Source: a virus. From it: 64,000 nucleotides of DNA. Shown piece by piece: positions 40,498 to 50,731 of this stretch. The position numbers were made by a program, and so were the translations under genes. The stretch is taken from IMG/VR virus record IMGVR_UViG_3300025132_008118; one strand, written 5' to 3'. The notes beneath the pieces are model-generated. The model made no database searches and was not told the DNA's origin. It saw only the letters and a list, made by a program, of their open reading frames with translations. Every line of letters starts with the position of its first letter. Positions within the stretch are counted from its first letter, which is position 1.

Positions 40498-42363
40498 TTA
40501 ATGCGTTACAGTCCAGCCTTTATCCGTTGCAATAGCTTCAACTTCTGCTGGTATATTATCAGCATAATCATTGTTAGTTAAAGTTATAGTAAATGAACCT
40601 GTTTTTAAATATCTAAATACATTTTCTATATTTTGGTGATCAAGTGGAAAGTATCTTAAACTAATACTTTGACTAAAACCTGTTTCATCAGATGATAACC
40701 CTGGAAATTCAAAATTAGCAATATTATAAGCGTTACTAAACGTACCAGAATAATCACCACTATCATTTGCAGCATTAAAAGGCAACCCGGTTATTTTACT
40801 TAGCATATAATTTTGATAAAACATTTGATAGTACTCACCATTTCCAAATGTTTCGTCAACTGCAAAACCTGAAAATGTTACAGTTTTTAAACTTCTATTA
40901 GCAAAAAACATTCTATATATAGCGTTATTATTAGTCATTGTATTTGGACTAAATTTTAGTATTGGGTATTCCTTTATACAATAATTACCATTAAAGCCGT
41001 CTTGTAAATCTATTAAATTATCAAAATCAAAATAACCCTTTTCATAATATTCAGGAGCAAAAAATTGAGCTCCACGACCATGTCTCGTAAAACCAACACC
41101 ATAGCTACCACTATCTGTTTGATTATTTATTACATCTAATTCTACCCCTACATATGGTAATATTTGTTGTGTCTCGCGCATACCCTGATACATATAACCC
41201 CTACAGTTAATAGAACGTGGTTGTTTAGCAGATGAATCCATGTCTTGTAAGTTCCAATCTCCAAAACTTTCTAAACGTACAGCATTATAAAGCATCAAAT
41301 ATAATTGCTCTGAAGAAGAAGTAGTTATATTATTAGCTCTAAAATTTTTAGGAAGTCGTTTTAAATACTGGCAATCTTGAAACATTGACCTAACATGTAT
41401 ATGACTACCGGATGTCCTGCAAGGTAATTCTGGTATATAACATAATTTGTAATTATACCTAAACATAAACCTATAATCTGTCACATTGGCTAATTCTGCC
41501 TGCGTACCTTGTTTAGTAAATATACCTTCGGGTAAATACTCTAATTTATGGCAGCTATCAAAACAATAATACATGCTATTAGAATTCCAAAACCAATACC
41601 TATCCGGATCAGCAAAATCATCTGGTAAAAATCTTAGTTCACTACAATATCTAAATGCTTCAGAGTGAGATTCAGTGGTATCTACATGCATATAAGGTAC
41701 ATGTACAATTTCTTGTAATGACTGCATACCGCTCCATATTCCGTTCTGCGGGGTAGTTAATCTATTACTTGTTGTATTATATAAGGCAACTCTTTCGCAC
41801 ATCTTATGTGGTCTAGAATTACCACCGATATCATAATTTGTAGCGTTACCGCTACTTATTTCCATATCTAGAATATTAGAATTATTTCTAGCAGATTCAC
41901 TTATTATACCACCAGAAAACGGGCCGTCGATATCTGTTACAACCGCTGAAAATTTATTATTACTATCTGTAGGGTAACCTGATAGAACTACTTGTCTGTA
42001 ACCTCTAAACTCACTTGATGCAGGTAAGTTATCATAATTATAAACGTGAAAGTGGTCAGTATTTTGAGCTAAGTTTTCAATAGTACCATCACCCCAATCA
42101 ACTGTAAATGTACCGCTATTAGTGACATCACAATGTATAGCAACATTATTAATAGCAGATATGGACGGTGCACCTGTTATTTGATTTGCTAAATATGTTT
42201 GATTACCTGGATTTGGTAAAACTGCAACTAAGAATGTAAACATTTCTGTTACCCCTGGTTCAGGAATAACTGCTAAATCTAAAAACTCAGTAGGCCTCGT
42301 ATAATAAAAATTAGCAAGGTTGGATGTTGATAACGGTGCTGGTCCTAATGTTCTTCCTATCAT
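40498..42363 (-). CDS. Adhesin-like protein, PKD-like N-terminus plus BspA/DUF285-like repeats
   Basis: FTVDWGDGT; recurring MF..C..L..LP units; ends IATDKGWTV. Confidence 0.6.
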   Translation of the reverse strand: MIGRTLGPAPLSTSNLANFYYTRPTEFLDLAVIPEPGVTEMFTFLVAVLPNPGNQTYLANQITGAPSISAINNVAIHCDVTNSGTFTVDWGDGTIENLAQNTDHFHVYNYDNLPASSEFRGYRQVVLSGYPTDSNNKFSAVVTDIDGPFSGGIISESARNNSNILDMEISSGNATNYDIGGNSRPHKMCERVALYNTTSNRLTTPQNGIWSGMQSLQEIVHVPYMHVDTTESHSEAFRYCSELRFLPDDFADPDRYWFWNSNSMYYCFDSCHKLEYLPEGIFTKQGTQAELANVTDYRFMFRYNYKLCYIPELPCRTSGSHIHVRSMFQDCQYLKRLPKNFRANNITTSSSEQLYLMLYNAVRLESFGDWNLQDMDSSAKQPRSINCRGYMYQGMRETQQILPYVGVELDVINNQTDSGSYGVGFTRHGRGAQFFAPEYYEKGYFDFDNLIDLQDGFNGNYCIKEYPILKFSPNTMTNNNAIYRMFFANRSLKTVTFSGFAVDETFGNGEYYQMFYQNYMLSKITGLPFNAANDSGDYSGTFSNAYNIANFEFPGLSSDETGFSQSISLRYFPLDHQNIENVFRYLKTGSFTITLTNNDYADNIPAEVEAIATDKGWTVTH

Positions 42364-45300
42364 TGTAAATTACCTCCTAAAAATGCAATAGTTTCATTTT
42401 TATAAAAAATATCTGCTTGTGCATATATAATGCTCATTTGATTTCTATCTTGATAACTATATAACCCGCTTAAACCTGTACCTGTGCTGAATACAACCGG
42501 AGACGCTCCTGCTTCCTTGATATATCTTGCAGAATATCCAGATATCTGAGGGGTAAACGTTACGTTAATAGTACCACTAGTAGTATCTAATAATAATGTT
42601 CTACCATTATCTGATAACGACGGTGTAAATGATGCAGCACAAGTTATAATTGAACCACCACCGACTCTAACCCCATCTAAAGAAGTTATTGAACAACTAT
42701 TAATTACACCTGGAGTGCTTAAATTATTAACAAACGTTGTACAAGCGGCATTAGATGATAAACTGGTACCTATAATAAAGGAACTATTATGGTCTGAATT
42801 TATACGATTACTAGCCCCTCCTAAAATAGAACCAAATGAACTGTAATTATTATTATAACAACCACCAACTACTGATGATGTTGTACCGAATGTGCGATTA
42901 AAACAACCACCAACGATAACTGCTGCAGAGCCGGCCGCTGTATTACTAAATCCACCCCCGATAAAATCTTCTGAACTTAATGCTAAATTTTTAACACCAC
43001 CAACGATAACTGAAGCTGTACCTATAGTTCTATTACCTTTATATTGACCACCACCACCAACGATAACTGAACATGCTCCACATGCGTAATTACTTTGACC
43101 TCCGACTACAATAGCGTTATTTGCTTCAGTTCTATTTGCATTTCCATTACCTATAAAAGAAATGTGACCCCTTGCATGATTACCGACACCGCCACCTACA
43201 AATGAGTAGTCACCACATGCATAATTATAATACCCACCAACTACACTACTATGTACACACTTAGCTAAAGAAGAAGAACCGCCACCTACAAATGATTTAA
43301 CTCCGCAAGCTTGATTATTTTGACCGCTACCTATAAAAGAACGAGAACCTATAGCTCTGTTAGTATATCCGCCACCTACAAATGAATGTGTTCCACATGA
43401 TCTATTATAATACCCACCACCTACAAATGAACAAGCACCAGTAGCGCAGTTCTTCTTACCACCAACAATAGATGTATATATACCGCACGATTTATTATAA
43501 CCGCCTCCAACCATAGTTGAACAAGCAGAAAGAGCTTGATTGCATTTACCACCACCGGTAAATGCTGCGGCACAATGCGCTATATTACGGAAGCCACCAC
43601 CAACAACAGAATAAGTACCAAGAGTTTGATTTCGGTAGCCGCTACCTATATTACTATAACTACCAATAGCGCAGTTATAACGACCGCTTCCAACAAACGT
43701 ACCACCACCGCCGGCACAATTTCTATAACCTCCACCTGCTACAGAACCAAAACCAGTAGCTGAAAGGCCATTGCCAGTTATAACAGACGCACATACACCG
43801 GTGACTTTATTATTTATACCGCCGCCGATAAACGATGCTGCTCCAGTGTTTATACTATTGATACCACTTGTAATCTTTGTTGCTGATAATCCATCTACAA
43901 ATAAACTATTAGTAGTTGTATTACCTTGAGTTGTAACTTGTTGTAATGTAGGCGTTGAAGGGGTAGGTACCGATGTACATACTGCTAAGCCTCCTGAAAA
44001 TACATTATTAGCGGATAAATCTCCACTTGCTGATATATTACCTGAAACAGTTAATAGTTCAGTTGGTGATGTAGCTCCTATACCGACATTACCTGTTTCA
44101 GTTATACAAACTCTAGTTGAGTTATTAGTTAAAAGTCTTAAGGGTTGCGAGTCGCATGTACCTATATGGAATGTCTTTACAGTAGATTTCATACAAACGC
44201 CACCAGCATCTAAATCAAAATCTATATTTGACGTTCCTCTACTAATTCGTGCGTACTTTCCGGAAAAGCCAGAATAACTAATATCTAACTTAGCTTCTGG
44301 CGATGTAGTACCTATACCAACTGCATCCGCAAAATGACCTGCTGAAGAAGCAATTGTATTAGTTGCTGATATGTTACCTGAAACCGTTAATACTTCAGTA
44401 GGTGATGTAGTATTTATACCGACTTTACCAGCAGTATCTACAGTCATAGCTTCTATACTACAGTTAAAAATTCCTAATTTTGTATGGTCGCTTCCACCAC
44501 TTTGATCCATACCTTTACTATTTCCTCGTACACCTCTTAAACCTAAACTTTGACCAGCTCGAACTGATTTACCGTTAAAACAAACATCATTACTATCTAT
44601 AGTTATTATTTCATTAGCATCTGTATCTACAATATTACCACCAAGTTCTAAATTACCGGTTGAGATTATTTTAGTACCTTTTATATCTGCTGCAGATAAA
44701 TTACCACTAGCTGATATGTTACCTGCAACAGTTAATTTTTCAGTACCACCTGTCGTACCTATATTAACCTTACCTGTAGGTATTCTAAGTTCATGTGAAG
44801 CATTACCACATAACATTGTTATATGATTTGAAAGACTACCTAAAATTAAACATTGGTTACCTATTATTGGGTGAATACAAAAAGCACCACCTGTTTGTAT
44901 TAGTTGTGTTCTTTTTCCTGAACTATTACTACCATGTATTGTGATACACTGATTTTCATTTTCATTAGGAAAACCTACATCTAAATCACCAGCAATAATT
45001 ACATTATCGGTAAATTTTGCATCTATACCATCTGTAGATAAAGCAGGTGTAGTTAAACTACCACTAGATATATTACCACTAGCTGATAAATTACCTGTAA
45101 CGTTAAAACCTGATAATTCAAATCCTATATCTAAATTAGTAGCAGATAAAATATTTGTAGCAAGTATAGTATCAGCAATAATCGTATTGTTACTACTAAT
45201 TAAATTTGTAGTGGTATTACCATTATTAGTTACATCTTGTAAATTAATTGAAGTATCTGAATTAAAAATATCAATTAAGTTAGTTCCCCCAGATAATATA

Positions 45301-46517
45301 TTACCATTAACGTTTAGAGTACCGTCCATTGTACCACCAGCAGCGAATTGTTTTGCCACACTACCACCACCAGAAGACATTTCTACATATCTTTTTAAAG
45401 AAACTATATCACCTTTTAATGCACTGCTGATTTCTTCCTGTAAAGACTCTTTTATTTGGGTAAGTTCAACATCTTGTATCTTTTCTTTTAAAATTGTTTT
45501 ATACTCTACAACATCTTTATTATTAAAAGCAGCTAATAATTCATCATATTTTTTATTTTCTTCTTCAGATAAATTTTTAAACTTACTATCGATATCCTTA
45601 AATTCTTCATTAATAAATTTTTTAAGTTCTTCATTTTTTAAAACCAATTCATCCTGTTCTAATAGTTTTTCTTTTAAAGAATTTAATTCTTCAAATTTTT
45701 TATTTGTTGTGCTATTATTCTCTTTTAATTTTTCTTTTATAGAATTTAGTTCTAAAAAATTATGAGTAATTTTTTTATCACTAGATATAATTTTATTTTT
45801 ATATTCTTTAGTTATACCCTCTAAAAATAAATTTACACTACTATCAATCTCATTTATTTTCGTTTCTAAAATATTATCGATATTTTGTTTACTGAAATCT
45901 TCTACACCTTGAAGTTCTGATTGAAGCACTGTAAACTTTTCGTTTAAATCAGCAGTTATCTTTTCTAACTTTTCTTCAACTATTACTTTTTTTTTATCTT
46001 CTAACTTTTCGAAAAATAAATCTAACTTATTAGATATATCATCTTTTAAAGATACAATTTTTTCTTCAAATTGTTCCTCTAATTCATGAAGAAAAACTAA
46101 TTTGTTATTAACATGGTGTTCAATAATATTTTCATAATTAACCTCTACATTATCTGAAGTTTCATCTTCAACTTCACTCTCTTCAACTTCACTCTCTTCT
46201 ACGGTTAAATTTTCATTAGGTATGGTTCTAATAAAATATATATTTTCTTTATTCAATTCAACATATGTTGAACCGTTATCCACTAAAATAGCTTCTGCAG
46301 AATACTTTTTACCTTCAATATTAATTTCAAGTAAAACTTTTGGCCCTAATTCTGAATCTCCTACCTTTTCTAAAACTAATTTTTCGTCGTTTATTGTACA
46401 CTCGTATACATCGAAGAATAATTCCTTTTTTGTATCGATAGAAATAATATTTTCTTCTATAGTATCTGAATAAATTAAATCTATATCAATATTGTTGACT
46501 TGACATACTGCAGGCAT
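42360..46517 (-). CDS. Long fibre protein: acidic coiled-coil N-terminus, fibre modules, ~23 Gly-rich 15-aa beta-roll repeats
   Basis: LQ.VT..GNTTTN twice, GI(G/N)TTSP...LTVSGNISA modules, N.A.G..S(F/V)(V/I)GGG repeats. Confidence 0.75.
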   Translation of the reverse strand: MPAVCQVNNIDIDLIYSDTIEENIISIDTKKELFFDVYECTINDEKLVLEKVGDSELGPKVLLEINIEGKKYSAEAILVDNGSTYVELNKENIYFIRTIPNENLTVEESEVEESEVEDETSDNVEVNYENIIEHHVNNKLVFLHELEEQFEEKIVSLKDDISNKLDLFFEKLEDKKKVIVEEKLEKITADLNEKFTVLQSELQGVEDFSKQNIDNILETKINEIDSSVNLFLEGITKEYKNKIISSDKKITHNFLELNSIKEKLKENNSTTNKKFEELNSLKEKLLEQDELVLKNEELKKFINEEFKDIDSKFKNLSEEENKKYDELLAAFNNKDVVEYKTILKEKIQDVELTQIKESLQEEISSALKGDIVSLKRYVEMSSGGGSVAKQFAAGGTMDGTLNVNGNILSGGTNLIDIFNSDTSINLQDVTNNGNTTTNLISSNNTIIADTILATNILSATNLDIGFELSGFNVTGNLSASGNISSGSLTTPALSTDGIDAKFTDNVIIAGDLDVGFPNENENQCITIHGSNSSGKRTQLIQTGGAFCIHPIIGNQCLILGSLSNHITMLCGNASHELRIPTGKVNIGTTGGTEKLTVAGNISASGNLSAADIKGTKIISTGNLELGGNIVDTDANEIITIDSNDVCFNGKSVRAGQSLGLRGVRGNSKGMDQSGGSDHTKLGIFNCSIEAMTVDTAGKVGINTTSPTEVLTVSGNISATNTIASSAGHFADAVGIGTTSPEAKLDISYSGFSGKYARISRGTSNIDFDLDAGGVCMKSTVKTFHIGTCDSQPLRLLTNNSTRVCITETGNVGIGATSPTELLTVSGNISASGDLSANNVFSGGLAVCTSVPTPSTPTLQQVTTQGNTTTNSLFVDGLSATKITSGINSINTGAASFIGGGINNKVTGVCASVITGNGLSATGFGSVAGGGYRNCAGGGGTFVGSGRYNCAIGSYSNIGSGYRNQTLGTYSVVGGGFRNIAHCAAAFTGGGKCNQALSACSTMVGGGYNKSCGIYTSIVGGKKNCATGACSFVGGGYYNRSCGTHSFVGGGYTNRAIGSRSFIGSGQNNQACGVKSFVGGGSSSLAKCVHSSVVGGYYNYACGDYSFVGGGVGNHARGHISFIGNGNANRTEANNAIVVGGQSNYACGACSVIVGGGGQYKGNRTIGTASVIVGGVKNLALSSEDFIGGGFSNTAAGSAAVIVGGCFNRTFGTTSSVVGGCYNNNYSSFGSILGGASNRINSDHNSSFIIGTSLSSNAACTTFVNNLSTPGVINSCSITSLDGVRVGGGSIITCAASFTPSLSDNGRTLLLDTTSGTINVTFTPQISGYSARYIKEAGASPVVFSTGTGLSGLYSYQDRNQMSIIYAQADIFYKNETIAFLGGNLQ

Positions 46518-46551
46518 ATAGGATATTTAGGTCAAAATACGTATTATTCAA

Positions 46552-47034
46552 TTATATGTTCAATTCTTTTTCTGTTAAGATTAAAAACTTACAACCTTTT
46601 TTCTTTGACCATTCATTTGCAGCTTTCCATTTAGCTGTATTTTGGACATACATCTTTTGCTCGTATATGATAGTCTTTTGTTTTTTAAATTTAGTTTTAA
46701 CTGGTCTTAAAGTCTGTTTACTTGGTTTAATCTCTATTAGAAACTTATTTTTATTACCATTCTTATCTTTAAAGACGATATAATTATCAACAAAATATCT
46801 ATGAACTTTACCATCTAAAGGATTTAAATAAGGTATTATAATATTTTCACTACCCCAAGCTAATATATTTTCATTTAAATCTGCCCATCTAAAAAATTTT
46901 AACTCCCAGCCAGAACGATATGTAGGGTTACCTTTACCTATATATTTTTGTGAATTAATAGGTTTAAAAATGCCTTGACGAAATTTTTTATTCTTTTTAA
47001 TAAATATAGTTATGACATTTGAAGAGAAAATCAT
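46552..47034 (-). CDS. Head completion nuclease gp4-like (TnsA-like PD-(D/E)xK)
   Basis: YRSGWE..F..WAD, WGSE...PY, HRYFVD, IEIKP..QT, KW.AA..W. Start position uncertain. Confidence 0.85.
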   Translation of the reverse strand: MIFSSNVITIFIKKNKKFRQGIFKPINSQKYIGKGNPTYRSGWELKFFRWADLNENILAWGSENIIIPYLNPLDGKVHRYFVDNYIVFKDKNGNKNKFLIEIKPSKQTLRPVKTKFKKQKTIIYEQKMYVQNTAKWKAANEWSKKKGCKFLILTEKELNI

Positions 47035-47530
47035 TAAGAATAGTGAAATAAGACAAAAAAATTTAATGCGACCAGCTAAAATTGCATTTGAAAAACCAGA
47101 TACTGGTGTGACTATTAATAAAAAGGGTGCATATTTTTTAATTAAAGACTCTGCTGATATAACTGTGAAATATTTACCATTATTATCGTATGGTAGTTTT
47201 AAGAATCCCATTATAGATTTAAAAGGTAAATTTACTCAATCAGAAATTATTGATTTCGTGGGTAGAGCAAAAGAAGAAAGTTATACTAATCAATTATTAA
47301 GTGTAATTTTAACTGATATTGGTTGTACTCAACCTATAACTCAAATCGTAGATGATAATAAATCTGAAGAATTGGATTTATCTTTTAGTGATGACGAAGA
47401 TGTTTACGGTGATTATGAAACCGAAGAAGAGGTTACTATTAAAAACTCTTCATCCACCACCCAAGCAATAGATGTCGAAGATGCCAGTATAGTTATTCAA
47501 AAGCTTATAGAAGTTTTTAACGCTAAATAA
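47012..47530 (+). CDS. Hypothetical late protein
   Basis: TAAATA 5 nt upstream; acidic C-terminal region. Confidence 0.6.
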   Translation: MTFEEKIIKNSEIRQKNLMRPAKIAFEKPDTGVTINKKGAYFLIKDSADITVKYLPLLSYGSFKNPIIDLKGKFTQSEIIDFVGRAKEESYTNQLLSVILTDIGCTQPITQIVDDNKSEELDLSFSDDEDVYGDYETEEEVTIKNSSSTTQAIDVEDASIVIQKLIEVFNAK

Positions 47531-48688
47531 TTAACCAACGAAGAATAAAGAAGGATCTGCATCTCCTTGACCTGGAGCAGATCCGGTCATTAACTGCTCT
47601 TCTAGTTTTTCTTTTTCCGATAAACCTTGCGTCATAAATTCAGATGCATTTAAGCTACCACCTCCAAAGAGAGTAACATTACCATACTTACCTCTAATAT
47701 TAGCAACTGACATTTTAGTCAACGCTAAGGCATATTGATATACCCATAACTCTTTTAATATATCTCTAATAGGTCTTTCGACGTAACAAGAAACAACTCC
47801 ATAAAATCTAACGTTACTACTACTTGCGTTAGGTTGGGGGAACATTCTTAGAATTTGCGTTCTTTCATCAAACGTATATGAACGTTTTGTAGCTAATAAT
47901 TTTTCTCTAGTTTCAAGCCAATTTTTTAAAGTATACCAACTTACTAAATCAAACCCATAATTACCCATTGCATAACTAAAATATGTTTGTTGAGCTAACG
48001 TCTGTTCAATTGTAAATAATGTATTGATACCTGTACTTGAACCTTCTTCAAAATCAGTAACAGCAATTACTTTTCTGTAATCCATTACATCATAATCAAA
48101 ACTATTAATTAATTGATCAGTTTCACTAACTATAGACCCCTGCCTGGTAATATTATTTTTAACTTGAGGTATAAATAAATCGCTTATAGATGAAACTTCA
48201 CTAATAATTTCACTATAAAAATCTTCAGCAAAAATATCATTAGCCGATATTCCATCCTCTAAAGCTGATGATAGACTTGAAATTGAACTAAATAATGAAC
48301 CGGGTATGGTTGAGATAGCTGCGAATACGGTTTCTTTAGTATTAATTGACTTAGTGAAGTCTTTATTAGGAGTCTTTAATTCTTTTTGTTCGGTAAATGT
48401 CTCGCTATTCTGTAAAGTAAAAAGGTCATCTATTTTTATACCGTAATCTTTTTTATATAAATTACTATCAAATATTAGATATTCTTTTGTATAACCTGCA
48501 AACTTACTAAAATATTCAATAGCTATACTAATATTTTCATAAAGCTGATCTCTATGTATTTCAACATTAGTAAAAGGATAACCTAAAGATCTTAGTATTC
48601 TATCACCAAGTCTGTTAAAATTATCTACTCTAGAATTAAGATTGGTACTTTGAAACCCTGATATAGGAGCTATTTCACACTTCGACAT
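47531..48688 (-). CDS. Neck protein gp13-like
   Basis: ILRSLGYP..NVE....Q....I..AIEYF, WVYQYALAL.K, RGKY..V.LFGGG.LN. Confidence 0.8.
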   Translation of the reverse strand: MSKCEIAPISGFQSTNLNSRVDNFNRLGDRILRSLGYPFTNVEIHRDQLYENISIAIEYFSKFAGYTKEYLIFDSNLYKKDYGIKIDDLFTLQNSETFTEQKELKTPNKDFTKSINTKETVFAAISTIPGSLFSSISSLSSALEDGISANDIFAEDFYSEIISEVSSISDLFIPQVKNNITRQGSIVSETDQLINSFDYDVMDYRKVIAVTDFEEGSSTGINTLFTIEQTLAQQTYFSYAMGNYGFDLVSWYTLKNWLETREKLLATKRSYTFDERTQILRMFPQPNASSSNVRFYGVVSCYVERPIRDILKELWVYQYALALTKMSVANIRGKYGNVTLFGGGSLNASEFMTQGLSEKEKLEEQLMTGSAPGQGDADPSLFFVG

Positions 48689-48732
48689 ACAATTATTTAA
48701 TGAATTAGTTAACGGTTATATTAAATAATAAT

Positions 48733-48966
48733 ATGGCAGCAGGCGATATACATATTTCAGTAGTACCAGCATTATCAACAGTTAGCGAATATACGGTAGG
48801 TAATGCTTATGGAGGTACAAAAACTTTAAACACCAGAAGTATTGGTAATGACACTACACTTTTATCATTATATATAAATGAAGTGCAAGATGCATCTCCA
48901 GCAAAAACTTTATTACAAGTTTTAGATAGTGGTAACCGTCTAACTTTAGTTTTAAAAGAAGATTAA
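48733..48966 (+). CDS. Small hypothetical late protein
   Basis: 77 aa; TAAATA 5 nt upstream; fills the gp13-gp20 gap. Confidence 0.55.
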   Translation: MAAGDIHISVVPALSTVSEYTVGNAYGGTKTLNTRSIGNDTTLLSLYINEVQDASPAKTLLQVLDSGNRLTLVLKED

Positions 48967-50715
48967 TTAAACTTCAGGTTCTTCTGGAGCTGGAGCGGCT
49001 GGTTCTACACCAGGTTCAGTACCTACTTCAGCTGGCCCTCCACCAAATTCAGGTGGTGTCTCTCCGCTAATATCACCAGCTGGTGCACCTAAACCACCAG
49101 CTGCTGCATCACCCGCAGGGGCTGCTTGTAAATCATCTCTCCAGTTAGGCCCTCCAGATCCAATTTGCTGCAGCTCCCATTGTAATTCAGCATCTTTGCG
49201 TAAGAACTCTCTATTAGCTTTTACATCAACGTCATTCCAGCCTAGATAACGTTTTTGAGCATAAGTTGCTGCAACAAATTCATTAGACGCTAAAGAATTA
49301 AAGTTAGTAGCTTTTAATTCTAACTTCTGACTCTCTCTTAGTTCATAGAAATTAGTAGGTACATTAAACTCTAAATGTATATTAGGAGCTTTAAGATCAT
49401 ATTCTTCGAATAACCCCTTTAATTTTAAATGAGTTATAAATCCATTTTTTAGACCTCCTGCAAATTGTTGTTGCATTCTAATAATAAACTTAGCAAATTT
49501 TAATTCTTCTCTTAAGATTTCATTACCATCACTAAATTGACTATCAGGATTTAATCTATTAAGCGGTACTTTTAATGCTTTATATAGTTTATTAACAAAA
49601 TACATTAAGTCAGCTAACTCACCTAAATTAGCTCCCCCTTGTAACTGTGTAACAGATGTACCTTCTGAACCTGCTCTTTTAGCAAACCAGAAGCTATCGA
49701 GCATAGACTGCGGATTAAACTTCTGAACTTGACCTGATTGATTTGTATCGAAAGTCTTTTTACTCCAATATTCTTGTATTAACTTTCTTAAATATGCCTC
49801 AGCCTTAGGTGGTGCCATGTTACCCACGTCAACGTTAAATACTAAACGTTCTGGAGCTCTAACTAATCTATAAATTACAATAGCATCTTCAACCAGTGAT
49901 AACTGTCGGTATGCCCTTCTTGCATTTTCAATAAATGGTAATCTAAATGTCTTATCTTGATTCCATACACCAGAATTAATATATGACACTTGATTATCGT
50001 CCATTGGAATAAAATCAAACTTTTCTATTTTTTCTGGTTTATTAGGATCAAATATAGGTTTACGTAAAATATAACCTTTAATGATCATATTTTGTATATT
50101 ATCATATATCGGATCAATTAAATCTGAAGGTAAAGCGACAGCACCAAGAATTCCATCATCCGTATAACCTTGATGGATAATATGCTCGAAATAAAGTTCA
50201 CCTTCAATTAATAATTGTCTAAAATATTCAAAACCTTTCTTTTCAAAGTTAAAATAATCTATATATTTTTCAAATTCATCTTTAATATTTTGCTGCTTCT
50301 CATCATCTATATCAGTATTTCTAAAAATTAAATTAATAATGTTACCAAATTCATCTCTATTAATACATTCATCACATATTTCATCTAATGCATCGCTAAT
50401 CTCAGAAAATGCAGCCATTATACGATAATCTCTCATTCTACCGCCTTTATTTTCTTCTACATTAGCATATACTAAAGCATTATAATTACCATCGACTGCA
50501 ATTTGACCTGTACCGGTATTATTGAAATCATTATTATAAAAAATAGAATTTTTAGCTAACGCTTCAACTCTTCGCATACCAGTATCCTGGAAGGTATCGT
50601 ACTTAGGATTTAAATCACCTAATACTTTATTAAAGTCTACAGATTGATATGGTAATTTATTAACTAAATTTTTTAGAAATCCAGATTGCCCTGTTTGTTT
50701 TTGTTGATCGGCCAT
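48967..50715 (-). CDS. Portal protein gp20
   Basis: EISDALDEI, QL...EDA.VIYRLVRAPER.VF.VDVGNM...KAE.Y, GT.VT.L.GG.NLG, YF..KLYKALKVP. Confidence 0.96.
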   Translation of the reverse strand: MADQQKQTGQSGFLKNLVNKLPYQSVDFNKVLGDLNPKYDTFQDTGMRRVEALAKNSIFYNNDFNNTGTGQIAVDGNYNALVYANVEENKGGRMRDYRIMAAFSEISDALDEICDECINRDEFGNIINLIFRNTDIDDEKQQNIKDEFEKYIDYFNFEKKGFEYFRQLLIEGELYFEHIIHQGYTDDGILGAVALPSDLIDPIYDNIQNMIIKGYILRKPIFDPNKPEKIEKFDFIPMDDNQVSYINSGVWNQDKTFRLPFIENARRAYRQLSLVEDAIVIYRLVRAPERLVFNVDVGNMAPPKAEAYLRKLIQEYWSKKTFDTNQSGQVQKFNPQSMLDSFWFAKRAGSEGTSVTQLQGGANLGELADLMYFVNKLYKALKVPLNRLNPDSQFSDGNEILREELKFAKFIIRMQQQFAGGLKNGFITHLKLKGLFEEYDLKAPNIHLEFNVPTNFYELRESQKLELKATNFNSLASNEFVAATYAQKRYLGWNDVDVKANREFLRKDAELQWELQQIGSGGPNWRDDLQAAPAGDAAAGGLGAPAGDISGETPPEFGGGPAEVGTEPGVEPAAPAPEEPEV

Positions 50716-50731
50716 TATTATTATTTAATAC

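Noticed and set aside
40498-46517. Diversity-generating retroelement targeting the fibre genes
   Set aside because: No reverse transcriptase and no TR/VR pair differing at adenines was seen in the window.
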